DNA from: Vicugna vicugna
Lineage: Eukaryota
DNA: 64,000 nt
Direction of reading: 5' to 3'
NCBI GenBank assembly: GCA_013265495.1
Contig: MU057398.1
Coordinates: 744,001 to 808,000, forward strand
The translations under genes and the position numbers were made by a program. Of this stretch, positions 26,301 through 39,000 are shown one piece after another. The stretch's first letter is position 1. Every line of letters starts with the position of its first letter. The notes under the pieces are model-generated. The model did no database searches and was not told where the DNA came from. It saw only the letters and a list, made by a program, of their open reading frames with translations.

Positions 26301-29300
26301 AGGTTCCCGGCAACCTGCGGCCACGTGGCTGTCTTCTCCCGGCATGTGTTGTGTCTGTGTCCCAGTCTCACCTTTCTAGAAGGACACCAGTCGTGTCCAC
26401 CCTAATGACTTCGTGGTAACTCAATCACCTCTGGACAAATCCTTTCTCCAAATAACACCACATTCTGAGGTCCCGGGGCTGAGGACCCCCACATATCTTT
26501 TTGTGGGGGACAGAATTTAGCCTATAGCAAGCTCATTCATTCCTTTGTTCTCTGAGTGCTGATTGTGAGCTGGACCTGCCGTGTAAGATGCGTGAGACAC
26601 GGTCTGGTGAGGAAGGAGGAACATGCGCACCCACAACTCCCAAGGGTCGCCTCAGCTAGGGAATTTGGAAAGGTTTGGGAAGGCCAGGGCATCTGAGCCT
26701 GGCTTTACGGTGTGAAAGGGAAGAGGACCTGGGTGTGGAGGGAACGTGAGCAAAGGTCTGATAGCAGAAGGACTTGGAGCATGCACGGGAGGCAGTGCAG
26801 GGTACGCAGGGGGCTCGGGAGGAGGCTGGCCCAGTGCACTGGGGAGGAGGGGCAGGAATGTGAAGGGGTGGGGAAGGGCGGGACGGCGTAGCTCCTTGCC
26901 TCACTCCAGACCTCCTGCCTACAGGGCCCTTTGAAGGCCCCAACTACCACATCGCGCCTAGATGGGTCTATCACCTCACCAGCGCCTGGATGGTTTTTGT
27001 GGTCCTTGCCTCCATCTTCACTAATGGGCTCGTGCTGGCGGCCACCATGAGGTTCAAGAAGCTGCGCCACCCTCTGAACTGGATCCTGGTGAACCTGGCA
27101 ATCGCTGACCTGGTGGAGACCATCATTGCCAGCACCATCAGCGTTGTCAACCAGATGTACGGCTACTTTGTGCTGGGGCACCCTTTGTGTGTCGTGGAAG
27201 GCTACACTGTCTCCTTGTGTGGTAAGCCGGCTGGGGGCCCAGGTCAGGGGAGGCCCAGGCTGCTGTGCGTAAAGGAAATACTCACCTGGCTAAGTCCCCA
27301 GGTGTGCCGGCGGTGCACATGAGAGGCACACGTTTGAAGGGAGACAGATGGGCAGGGGAAGCGGGGCTGGGGTCACCAAAGAGACAAGGGCTTGTGGTCC
27401 AACACACCCCGAGCGCCTACTCTGAGGTAGGCTGTGCCTGGGAACATCCAGTTTCAGGCCATGCAGCTGGCATGGGAGGGGACAGACAGATCCGGATAAT
27501 CCCAGACCAGTGTGGGAGGGGAGGGCTTTGGGACTCCCACCCAAATCTGGGGCACAGGCTCTTTCAGCTCACCGATGTCAGCTTTTCCCAGGGAAAGAAG
27601 CAATTCCCATTAGAACTTCTGGGACATTGAGACCAGATCCCACATCCCATTCCCCATCCCTGTCACTAATACCTTTGTTCAGATCAACATTGGCCGAGAA
27701 GCACCTGGGCTCCAGGCTCTGTGCTGTCAGGCATAGAGGGTGCTGCACACACAGTCCAAGCCTTGAGTGCTCCCGGGTCCTGGCAGGAGGGGCTTCTATC
27801 CCAGACAGTGGCCACATGATGCCATCAGTCCTCTCAGAGGACCTTGTCCCTGAGGAGGTGATGAAGGGGCTGAATATTGAGTCAGCAGCCCAGGAGAGCT
27901 GGGCACAGACAGCTGGGTTGGCTGGGTGGGCAGAGGCCAAGTGAACAACGTGCTACTGCCGAGTAGACCTCAAGACCGTAGGCAGGCCTTGGAGTGGGGA
28001 GGAGACAGGAGGGGGAGACCCAGGACGTGGCTGGAAGATGGAAGGGAGGCAGACTGAGGGAGCAGGGGCCATGCCAGGCTAAAGCAGGAGCTAGGTCTAT
28101 GGCACTTCTGGGCTCCAGGCCGGGCAGCGGGTGCTGGGGGTTGCCATGAGGCCAGGTTTCTTTCTCTGGGGCCCACAAAAAGGAGGACAGACAAGCCTGA
28201 CAAGGCCAAAGTTGCCTCAGGAGCCCTTGTACAACACCCTCAAGAGAGAATGGAGGGCCGTGGGGCTGCAGCTCGGTGTCAACCCAAGAAGGTAGGGAGT
28301 CCAAGGGCCACAGCGCTCAGCACATGCAGCCTGTCTCTAGGCCCCAAGCCACCAAACCAGAGAAGGCTTGCAGCTGCTCTCCCATTTGGGAAGTTTCCCA
28401 GGGCCACCTGGTGACAATGCCTGGGTCCTCAGCTCCCACCTAACTTGGGTTTGTCTCATTGCTGCCTAAACTGATCTCCAATTCGGATTCCAAGGTGATG
28501 AGTTTCAGAAAGACATTGGGATTAGAGGAACACAGGGAGTGGGGAGCCTGGTCGAGGATCTGAATTACTAGTGGTGTGAGCGCCACAAAGTCACTTTACC
28601 AGAGAAGGTTGGGCAGAGTAAGTCCATCCCGAGTTCAAGTGTTCCATGTGCCTTGGTAGCTGGTGCATGGCCCTCCCGGAGTGGCTCCTGCGTATCACTC
28701 ACATCTGGCTTGTCTTTATATCTGCTTGAGGTCTGCTCCTGGGTCGCCAGTTTTGATGCCATCGACACCGGGCTGAGGATGTCCGTGGCACCGAAACTGG
28801 TGACCTGAGGAAACCCATGGACCCCTTCTCAGAAGAATATTTGCAAATGTGCACAATGAGACCCACAGGGTTGCAGAAGCAGTAATGACGCTGAGACATA
28901 GGTGTCAAAGAACTAGGTGTTACTTACCAACATACTCGCTCAGTGGAAATATTAGTATTGAAAGCATTTTTTAGAAGTCTTAGCGACACCATTCTTTATA
29001 TTAAAGTATCAAATAACTGTATCTGGCCTGACAACCCCTGAAACGCCAAAGTGGTCATGAATACAGGGATATTGGGCAACATCGGCCCCCTCTGTAGAGT
29101 AACCAGGTCCCGGGTACTGCCGACGCTACCACACTGGTGATGGCACTAAAGGAGGCCAAGTGTCTGTTAGAGGGTGGTGGGACCAAGACATCATTTTACC
29201 CACCCTCGTTCCCAAAGCTCTGGATTCTCCACCCAGACCTCTGGATGATGGGCAGTAGTGAGAGGTCTGGGGCCTAAAGGAGTATGTGCATGCTTGGCAG

Positions 29301-32300
29301 AGGGCACAGGCTACTGGTTCTTGGCTGGGACAGCAGCACCTCAGTGTGGCCTCAGGCGTGTACGTGTCCATCAGGAGTTGCATTGGTGGCATCACAAGAA
29401 AGGCTGGTGGTCGAATAAAAGACATATGGGAAGCAAGGTGGGCAAAGTGGCCGAATAAGAGTGGGCAAGGAGAGGCGGGCTGCAGATGAAATGCAGAGGA
29501 ACAGGGAAAGCAGGCGTGAGAGAAAGAAACTGACGAAGAGACCCACTGCTCCCTGGACCTGAAAATACCTTTTGGAGACAGGTTTTGCAGGTAGGTAGGG
29601 GCATATCTTGTGATCTTGAAAAGTGTCTGCTCTCCCCTGCAGGGATCACCGGTCTCTGGTCCTTGGCCATCATTTCCTGGGAGAGGTGGATGGTGGTCTG
29701 TAAGCCCTTTGGCAATGTGAGATTTGATGCCAAGCTGGCCATCGCAGGCATCACCTTCTCCTGGATCTGGGCTGCTGTGTGGACAGCTCCACCCATCTTT
29801 GGTTGGAGCAGGTAAGGGTACCAGGGTGCCAGGAAGGCGAGCCATTTAGAACAGAGCAGGGAAGCCCAAACTCGTGATTCTCTTAGTGACCTTGGGGCAA
29901 ACCACTTCCTGTCTCTGGGATTTTGAGGCCCCACGAGTAAAGTGAGGATGGACAGGACTCTCCCTGAGACCCCTTCGAGCGTACAGTGCCTATGGATGGA
30001 TGAATCTGCCTGGCTGAAACATGGAAACGGGCCCTGTGGTCTCTATGCACCTGGAAAGGTCTGTTTATCCCAAACAGGAGCAGCTTATGGGAACACATGG
30101 AGAAACGCCACCAGCTCAGGCCATGGGCACATTTGGACTCCAAGGTTCTCTTGTCCACTGTGCCACAGGCCTCTTTCTTTTTTTAAAAAATTTATTTTTC
30201 ATTGAAGTATAGTCAATTACAATGTGTCAGTTTCTGGTGTACAACACAATGTCCCAGTCATGCGTATACATACATATTTTTTTCATTAAAGGCTATTATA
30301 AGATATTGAACATAGTTCCCTGTGTCCAGGCCTCTTTCTTGAACCTTCTGAGAGGCTCCCCTTTCGAGGCTCCTTGGGTTGTAGGTATACCAGTGTCCTA
30401 ACCAGGTGGATTCTCTGGGAGAAGAATCGAATTTTCAAGGAAGCAACTGAGGTGTCTGAGGTGGAGGGATGGCACAAGGATGCTGCACTTCTCTCATGAC
30501 TAAGTTCTTGCGGTGTCTGGGGCGGGCGGAATGCTCTTTCTTTGGGAAGCTTCCATCATTCTGGGAGACCAGTCTCAGGAAAGCTTGTCTCTGTCACCCT
30601 CCTCACCCCACCACACCCACAGTGGCTGCGATGGTTAAACACGTGTGTTATCTCATTTAATTCTCGGACCCTTCTGTAAGCAAGTGTCTTTATTACAGTG
30701 GCTGCCTAGCTGACCCCAGAAAAAATGATACAGGTATTCACAGGTGTTCTTAAGAGGGCGCCTCCCCTCCCTTTGTAAAAAGGGGATGTGGTTGGGGTGA
30801 TGAGAATGTTCTGGAACCAGATAGTGGTGATGGCTGCACAAGACTGTGAATGTACCAAACCTCATAATGATGTTGTATGTATTCACTACAATAAAAAAGA
30901 GGGCAACAGGAGACCTAAAAGTGCACACAGATTTACTGAGACCCTCCTGAAGGCCTTCCTTTGGAGGTGATGGAAGAGGCAGCAGTTGCACAGATTGTGA
31001 ACATACTGAATGCCCTGAATTGTTCGTTTCAAAAATGGAGAATTCAGGGAATGTGAATTTCACCTTGCTAAAAACATCCAACAACCCAACCCAAGTCAGC
31101 AGCGCACGGGGGTTGGGGAGGGTCCCGGGTTGCCCCATGCACTTCAGGACAGGCTGCTGGTCCCTCTCTCCAGGTACTGGCCCCACGGCCTGAAAACTTC
31201 CTGCGGCCCAGACGTGTTCAGCGGCAGCTCTTACCCCGGGGTACAGTCCTACATGATCATCCTCATGATCACGTGCTGCTTCATCCCACTCAGCGTCATC
31301 GTGCTCTGCTACCTTCAAGTGTGGCTGGCCATCCGAGCGGTAAGCCCCCAGCCTGTGGCCTCCACCCCTGCTGGTAGGATCATGAAGGCCAGGGACATCT
31401 CGGCTGGGACAGAGGGTCACCTGGTCTGCTCTCCTTCCCTCAAACCAGACATGAATCTAGCAATTCCTTCGGGGCTATGGTTGCTGCCCTGGCTCCCCTG
31501 CCCTTGCTGCTACAGGATGGGAAGGGACTGCCTCCTCTTCACGGAGGGGACCAAAAAGGCAACACAGCTGCACTGCCTCCTGACCCAGGACAGTTCTCCT
31601 TAGGGGTGGAAAGCCAGCCTCTTCCATGGGGTGGAGTGCCACTGGGCAGATCTAAAAGCAAGACCTGCAAGTCTATGGGTGTTTCTAAAAGGCTGCCACT
31701 GGTGTGCCCTCACCCCCCCACGGGGCTGTCTGCTCCACACTCCACCCTCCTCCCTGGGAAGCTGATCCCCTCGGCAGCCACACCCCTCCCCTGGTGCAGG
31801 AAATCAGCACGGGGCAGGAGAGGAGATCAGGGTCTGGGGTGCTGCGGGCTCTGTGCTTCCTTCATGGTACCCTGAACGCCATCCGTAAGTTGTCCCTTTG
31901 TCAATCAACTTGCCTACAGTTAGCTTGATCTGGATGTGCCATCTGTCCCTGCTGGGATCCTGCATGGCACAGGGAGTAGAGGGCCCTCTGGGGTGGCACC
32001 TTTCCTGTCTGAATCTGCTTGTGCCCACAATCGGATCAGCATGTGCTTATATGCTCTTTCTAGAATGGAGGCCATGGGCTTGAGATAAGCTCCCTTCACC
32101 TCACTGCCTTCAGCCTGTGGGTAGTCAGGGATCAGAACCAACTGAGCCAACTCCCACAGGTCTCCCTACATGGCTTGGGCCATGTTAGCCCTGGGCTGAG
32201 GAGCCCCGCCTCCAGAACATGCCCCTAGGCTGTCACCCCTCATCCCCATCTGGCTGCTGGCCATCAGTCCCTGCCCACAGCAGGAAATGGCCCTGCTCTG

Positions 32301-35191
32301 CATCTTGTCCCGCCTGGCCCGCAGATCTGAGCATGGGAGGGGACGCTGGTAAGGAATCAGGTGAAGCCAAGAACACCCTCCTTAGCTCCCCCACCAACTC
32401 TTAACAAGAACCGAGCTAAGCAAGTGCTTGGAAGGTGCCAGCTCAGGGCTGTCGTGGCCAGCCCCCCACCCCGGCATTTTACCTCAGAGCCTGTAATAGC
32501 TCCCACAGGGCCAGCCTTGGCCACGTGCACTCCCGCAGGTGGGAGCTGCCGGTGTGCTGGCCAGTGTGCTGTAGCAGGCGCATCCGTCTCCTTCCCTCTA
32601 CTACTCTCCATCCCTGAGCTGACCACCTCTCGCTGCCTCCCCGACTAGCTACCGGAGCAGCAGCAACACAGAATTCCCCCGGGGTTCGCTACAGAGCCCT
32701 GAGGGACTCTCCCACTCGCCGTCCTGGGCATAACTCTCTGTCTCTCCCAGGTGGCAAAGCAGCAGAAAGAATCCGAGTCCACCCAGAAAGCAGAGAAGGA
32801 GGTGACCCGGATGGTGATGGTGATGATCTTCGCATTCTGTCTCTGCTGGGGGCCCTACACCTTCTTTGCATGCTTCGCCGCTGCCCACCCTGGCTACGCC
32901 TTCCACCCTCTGGTGGCCGCCCTGCCAGCCTACTTTGCCAAAAGTGCCACTATCTACAACCCAATTATCTACGTCTTCATGAACCGACAGGTAAGTCATG
33001 CTGCCGGCAGAGCAAACCAGAAGTAGACCCTGGAAGACCCCGGTGATGGCTCCCACCAGGAATCGTGTCTGGGGGAAATCTGACAATGACCACCAGGACA
33101 ATAACCCGGGAAGACCCGGCCTGTGACCCAGCTGCCTTTTCTGGTCTGGGCCCAAGGGTGGGCACTTCCTGCAGCACACCGTGTGTGCCGCAGGCCCTTC
33201 CCCTCTGTTGGCCTCAGGGCAAGCCTGAAGCATAAACACCCTAGGACTGCCAGAACACACCTACACCTACCCTAGGTGCACCCTTCTTGATTTCATAGAC
33301 AAGACTCATCTCTCAGCCTTAATCTTTCCATACTCAAAGCCTAACTCTGATAAGGACACAAAGAGGCCCTTCTAGGCTGTGCTGGTCTTGGGCTTTCGTG
33401 ATTTTATGGGTTAGGTCGGGGAAACACGCTGTGGTCTTGTCAGGCGGCAGCCATTGGGGGCTGGCACATCCGGCCTCAGCAGCCACCCGCCTATGACTCC
33501 TAGACCATACTTTGCCTTGAATTCCTTATGTCCACTTCATTAAGGTACAGCTGTGGTGTAACCTGATGGTGATCAGAAAGGTCTGTGGGTCAGAACCACC
33601 CCCCTGCAGGGGCCTCCCATTTCATTAGGCTGACGTGTGAGTGTTGAGTAGGACCAGCAGCATGTTGGACTCCCCGGGGACCCACTGTTGGCACCCCAGT
33701 ACCCAGAGTGTAGTTCCACCCTCAACCCACTTCTTGTCTTCCACATGGTCCCTTTCTAGGTCTGGCTGTTGTTTGTGGAGTCCTAGGCCATCTTGCCAAG
33801 TCCTGTCTTTACCGGAGCCTTTCCTTGCTCCCCTTCTAGAACTCGCCCTCCTCTACAGCTGTCTGCACTTCCTGACCCTCCAGCCTTTCGAACTTTGCTT
33901 TCACTCTTTCTGCATTGCTATCCCTTCCTGTGGCATTCAGAGAGAATTTTCTGGAATGGAGCTCCACAAGGACACAGCTGAGCCAATTCTGCTGTTCAAG
34001 CCACTTCTTATATAACTCATTCCAACAATTATGTTTTTTATTTTTAAGAGTTTCAATTTTGGAGAGAGCTGGAGACAGTCAAGAATAGGCCTGGAATAGA
34101 TAGGAAACGCCTCTGGTCTGCATTCTTACAGCATTTTTGTTAACTCAGGGATGATATGAGATATAATTTGAGACATGAATACAACCCACATCTCTTTAGG
34201 GGCCAAGCAGCAAAAAGCAGGGCCCTCCTAATGCCAGAAATTCTCTTGGCTGAAGAGATGAAGTGGGCCGTCGCCTACCTAGTCCTCACCTAGTTCTCAC
34301 CCGGCCCCAAGACTGGAACAGAAACAACGTACAATCACTTTCCTTTCCACTGAAATGCCTCCAAATCTCTCCCAGATGTTGCAGGGATAGGTCACTACAC
34401 CTGGGCCGCTTCGCCCGCATCACCCTTCTGTCACTGAGTTTTGTGCGGCTGCTGTAACAAAGCACCACACGCTACAGGGATTCAACGAACAGAAATCTAG
34501 TCTCTCAGTTCCGGTAGTGAGCAGAGATCAAGGTGTGGGCAGGCTGGGCTCCTTCTGAGGGCTCCGAGGGAGAATCTATCCTGGCATCTCCCCTAGGTCC
34601 TGATGGGTGCCTGTCACCTGTGGGGTCCTCTGCCTTCACGTGCACATGGCCTTCTTCCCTCTGGGTCTGTGTCCAAATTCCCTTCTGTTTATGCGGACAC
34701 CAGCCATTGGATTAGGGCGTGCCCACTTCAGCATGACCTCACGGTAAAACACATCTGAACCACATCTGCAAAGATTGTTTGCAACTAGTGTCACATTCAG
34801 AGGATCCATGGGTGAGGACTTGAACATATCTTTGGGGGAAAACAATCTGACCCAAAATAGTCACCATCAACTACTAGATCCGATGGCTCAGATAACCGAA
34901 TAGTCAAGAATGGACCATCCCTGTGGGCAAGGAGTGCCTGGAGCCTCCCCCTCGCTTCCCTGGAGACTCCAGATGGTAGAAAAGCAGGTGTACCCCATCC
35001 TCAGAGTGCCCCACACCCGACTGAGAGCCTAGCACACTGGCCCTGCCCACCCTACTGAATGACACTTTCTGTCCTGTCAGTTTCGAAACTGCATCTTGCA
35101 ACTTTTTGGAAAGAAGGTGGATGATAGCTCTGAACTCTCCAGTGTTTCCAAAACAGAAGCCTCATCTGTCTCTTCGGTGTCACCTGCGTGA
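23283..35191 (+). CDS. OPN1LW: Long/middle-wave-sensitive cone opsin, complete gene, 364 aa; join(23283..23394,26925..27221,29643..29811,31174..31339,32751..32990,35081..35191)
   Basis: Six GT-AG exons of 112/297/169/166/240/111 nt sum to 1095 nt (364 aa + TGA). Translation runs MAQHWGPQ...[14 protein letters not shown]...ERW...[15 protein letters not shown]...[13 protein letters not shown]...SSVSPA. Schiff-base K312, counterion E129 and disulfide C126/C203 are present. Confidence 0.99.
25128..25300 (+). mobile_element. tRNA-derived SINE in opsin intron 1
   Basis: GGGTATAGCTCAAGTGTAGAGCACATG...TTCAATCCCCAGC, (TAAA)n, CCTAATTACCTC, A-rich tail. Confidence 0.85.
26165..26530 (-). mobile_element. 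MLT1 solo LTR in opsin intron 1
   Basis: GCACCACACACTGGGTGGCTT..ACAGAAATT..CAGTTCTGGAG..AGAAGTCTGAGATC...CACATTCTGAGGT. Confidence 0.75.
26925..27221 (+). CDS. OPN1LW: Opsin exon 2
   Basis: Acceptor cctacag|; [22 protein letters not shown]...[14 protein letters not shown]; donor G|GTAAGC; 297 nt. Confidence 0.99.
29643..29811 (+). CDS. OPN1LW: Opsin exon 3
   Basis: Acceptor ccctgcag|; [24 protein letters not shown]...[16 protein letters not shown]; donor AG|GTAAGG; 169 nt. Confidence 0.99.
30180..30326 (-). mobile_element. 5'-truncated young L1 in opsin intron 3
   Basis: TSD CAGGCCTCTTTCTT at 30166-30179 and 30327-30340 around an L1 3' end. Confidence 0.88.
31174..31339 (+). CDS. OPN1LW: Opsin exon 4
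   Basis: Acceptor ctctccag|; [27 protein letters not shown]...LQVWLAIRA; donor GCG|GTAAGC; 166 nt. Confidence 0.99.
32751..32990 (+). CDS. OPN1LW: Opsin exon 5
   Basis: Acceptor ctcccag|; [21 protein letters not shown]...[19 protein letters not shown]; donor CAG|GTAAGT; 240 nt. Confidence 0.99.
34430..34858 (-). mobile_element. MLT1 solo LTR in opsin intron 5
   Basis: GGCTGCTGTAACAAAGCACCAC...CATTGGATTAGGG...GTCACATTCAGAGG. Confidence 0.75.
35081..35191 (+). CDS. OPN1LW: Opsin exon 6 (coding part)
   Basis: Acceptor cctgtcag|; [36 protein letters not shown] then TGA; absent from the ORF track, read by hand. Confidence 0.98.
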   Translation, partial: FRNCILQLFGKKVDDSSELSSVSKTEASSVSSVSPA

Positions 35192-35310
35192 GTCTCTCCC
35201 AGCCCCAACAAGAAAAACGTCTGCCTCCTCCCAGAAAACTGTCACCCCTCTCCCACTCTCTGGGGTTTTGGTCACACCGCCCCCACCCCATGTCTTCTCA
35301 ATCCCTGTGA

Positions 35311-35316
35311 AATAAA
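35311..35316 (+). terminator. Opsin polyadenylation signal AATAAA
   Basis: First AATAAA, 120 nt after the stop codon, followed by T/GT-rich sequence. Confidence 0.85.
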
Positions 35317-35664
35317 TGTAGTTTCTCTTTGCCAAAAATGACCAAGTCACAGAGGCTGCCACTGCAGTTTCGGGGCATCTGAGCCTCTGAGTGTTGGGTC
35401 ACTGGGTCACGAGAGGGCAAGTGGGGGCAGAGGAGAGAGCAGCACTGCACTTCAGAGACATTCATCTTTTCCAAGCCTCGTATCTGCAGATGGGATGGAA
35501 GGATGGTGAGGAAGGGAAGTGAGAGGCAGGAGGGCGTCCATGTACCTCCCCGGGGCTGGTGGTGATGGGGGAGTAAGGGAGGGCTGAGAAGTGGCTGTCT
35601 AGGGAGGGCTGACTGGCTGCCCCCAACTCCCAGGGGACAGGAAGAGCTGGCAAACCTAGGCCCT

Positions 35665-36021
35665 TTAAGGCCCCTGTGACAGAGGCTTGGAGTCCTTGGC
35701 CGACTGTCTCCATCTGGCCGGGACCCAGGCCTCCCAGTCTGTGGTGGGGAGGGCGTGCCGCTTCTGCCAAGCCAGGGCTCCCAGCCCGATCAGAACAAGC
35801 GTGCTGCAGGTACGCAAGCGTGAGTTCACCAGCGGCAAGGGGCAGGCACACACGGTGGAGACCAAGACCAAGAGGAGGGTGGCCAGGGTGAGGATCAGGC
35901 TGACGAAACGGAACATTAAGTCCTGGGGACGGCACCTGAGCTTCTCTGTCATCGCCACTTGGGTCACTTGCTGTAGACTTTCGAGCTTGGATATACGGTT
36001 CTTGAAAGTCTCCATGACCTC
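35665..36021 (-). CDS. TEX28: TEX28 last coding exon (hydrophobic/TM segments)
   Basis: Acceptor cacctacag|GAGGTCATG; EVMETFKNRISKLE...FVSLILTLATLLLVLVSTVCACP...LVLIGLGALAWQ...GP then TAA. Confidence 0.97.
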   Translation of the reverse strand, partial: EVMETFKNRISKLESLQQVTQVAMTEKLRCRPQDLMFRFVSLILTLATLLLVLVSTVCACPLPLVNSRLRTCSTLVLIGLGALAWQKRHALPTTDWEAWVPARWRQSAKDSKPLSQGP

Positions 36022-39000
36022 CTGTAGGTGACAGAAACACACACTGTCACCAGAGGCCAGAGTTCCTAAGGGCTGCATGGCCAGGGTCAGAGAGAAGAAC
36101 GCAGAGCACAGGCATGCCTAGGGCCGTCCTGGGCAGGCCTGTGCTTCCCAGGAGCAGCACAGGTCTGGCCAGCCTACCGGGCCTGACGCCGAGAGCCCGA
36201 GAGCCCGGCATGAGGGAGTGGGGCAGAGAGCGTGGGGAGAGCACGAAGCTGCCTGTCACAGGGGCGGGGACTAGCTAACCCAGGGCAAAAGCAGGGCTGC
36301 CGGCAGCAGGGGGTCCCGACGCCCCTCAGGTGTGAGGGCCGCAGGGCCCACCTCTCCAGACCTGGTAGGCTGCCTCTGGGAAAGGGCAGCATGAACACGA
36401 AGACTGGACGACAGGGCCCAGCTCCCGGGTTTGGGAGGTTCCAGAACAGACTCACTCATCTGTGGCTTCCCTCGTTACCTCCTCTCACTAGGCATTTCTC
36501 CAACAGTCCCCCATGAGGTGCTCACCCAGATCTCCTTGGCTCTCTCATAGGACAGATATGCCATTTTCTCCTCAGTGCAGGCCAGATTCTGTTTGAGGCA
36601 GTAAATCTCATCCAGGTGCCCCTGAAGGTGGACATTCACCTGTCCTTCCATCAGTGCTTGTCTTGGGAGCAGAAGAGAAAGGAATATTCGCTGAGGTTAA
36701 AAAGAATATAAAAACAAACAAAAAAGTACTCGCTGAGAACCCTGCCCAAAGCTTGTGCCGCTGGTGAGAAGCCCCACATCAAGACGAGACTTGCGTCCAG
36801 AATCCGCCTTCCTCCTTCTCTCTCCTCAAACTCCACCCAAACTCGGCCTCCTCCTCCTGGTCCGTTTCCAAAGACCCCACATGCACATCAGCCATACACA
36901 TACTGACATTCATACACTTTTATATACAGCTATTCTTCTGTAACAGCTGTACAAAAATAGCAATAAACTAGAAGGGATAGAAATCAAACTGTAAACTGTG
37001 TGCCCATGGTATTCAATTCTGCATGTACCCTCACACCCCTGCTCAGTGCACAGCAGTCACCCCACAGACGCCCGTGGGTTATAGGGATGGAGCAGTTACA
37101 AGAGAGCACATGCTGCACGAGTCCACTGATGGGAAATGTCCATAAAGACAGAAACAGACTTGTGGTTGTTGGGGGCTGGGGAAAGCAGGACGTGGGGAGT
37201 GACTGCTACTGCTGGTGGCGCTTCTTTTTGGAGTCAGGACAGTGCTCTGGAGTGAGAGTGCTGATGGCTGCACAACTGTGAATATATTAAAAAACCACTG
37301 AACTGTACACTTTAAATGAGCAAATTGTATGGGATATGAATTATATGTCAATAAAGCTGTTACTAAAACAAAAACCAAGCTCAGACTGTCACAATGGCTA
37401 TACAACTCGGTAAATTTACTGAAGATCATTGAAACATACAGTTAAACTGGTACACTTTATGGCATGTAAATTATATCTCAGTGGAGCTGTTAAAAAACAC
37501 AAATAAAACATCACTACCTTTGTTTATGGCCACATATGTAAGTAGTAAAAGTCTAAAAGCACGTCTGGGAAAGCTAAGTGTCTAACAAGGTGCACGAGAT
37601 GGGCAGAAGGAGGAGGGGGAGGGGAGTGTTTCAAGTGAATCATCTTTTCAAGTTTTATTTCTTAAAAAACATAAAATTGGAGGCAAATATGTTCAGATTT
37701 GAGACAGCTGGGGGCAGGCATACAGTGTTGATCATATTATTCTGTTTTCCCTGGGCTTGGAATATTTCATGATTTTAAAAACCTCTGAGGTTCCTCATTT
37801 GGGTACCAGATGGCTTCTAGCACTGTCATTTAGGGAAGGCCAGAGGAAGGCTTGACCCAAACCGGGGTGGTAACACAGGGAAGATACTGCAGACACAGAA
37901 CGGGCTGGGGCCGAAGGCCTGTGGAGAACAGGGAATGTGAGGAGAGGAGGTCAACTATGTCCAAGTGAATCTCCATGAACATATTCTTCGTGAACGTGAA
38001 GTCAGCGAGTAGATTCTTCATGAATGTATTCATAAGAATGTATGAATAGGTTATTGAATAAGATGTTAACTTAGAAGGATATTCTCCCAGGCTTCCCTTG
38101 TCTCTGGCTTGTGACTCAGCTGACTCTCCTCTCCCGTCCATCCCTTGGTCAAGGACTCCTGTCTGTCCGGCATCTACAGCCACAGAGGCAAACGCACCAC
38201 TGTGGAATGCGCTCTTACAAAGACAAAAGGATGCCCAGTCAACCAACATGCCCCACCCCCAATCTTCCAACGCTGTTAAGGCCACCCTTTCCCACATAAA
38301 TGGTCTTAAATACTATTGTTGCAGAAGAGTACATTCTTGTCCACATTTGAGAACTGACTTTGACAGATGGAGCTTGAACCTAAAGGACTGAAACTCAGAG
38401 AAACAGACATAGGAAGGATGGAGCAGCCCTTGAGGGTCGGGTGGGGTAACAGGGCAGGGCCAGAGGCGTGCCTCCTGAGCAAACATGCAATCGCATGTGT
38501 CCTTAGAGGAGGGAGGAAAAGGCCACATGACGACAGAGTAGAGTGAGATGTGAAGATGGTGGCCTTGAAGATTGGGGTGAAGAGGCCACAAGCTAAGGAA
38601 TGCGGTAGCCACAAGAAGCTGGAAGAGGCAGATTCTCCCCTAGAGTCTCGGGGCTGGGGGCAGCCTGTTCTTATGCTGACTTCTGACCTCCAGAACCATG
38701 ATGGAATCAATTTCTGTCATTTAAGCCACCAAGTTTGGGATAACCTTTTTTTTTGGTGGGGTGAGGTAATTAGGCTTATTTATTTATTCTTGGAGGAGGT
38801 CATGGGGATTGAACCCAGGACCTCATGCATGGTAAGCACTCTACCACTTGAGCTGTACCCTCCCCCCTCAGATAACTTATGACAGCCAAGAGGAACTCCT
38901 CCAGGGGGCTACTGGCATCTAGTGGGTAGAGACCAGGGACACTGCTAAACATCCCACAGTGGTCAGGACAACCCCCTACAACAGAGAACCATCTGGTCAG

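Noticed and set aside
29126..33260. Long minus-strand ORFs (239, 180, 255, 203 aa)
   Set aside because: Antisense shadows of opsin exons 3-5 and GC-rich introns; no independent gene structure
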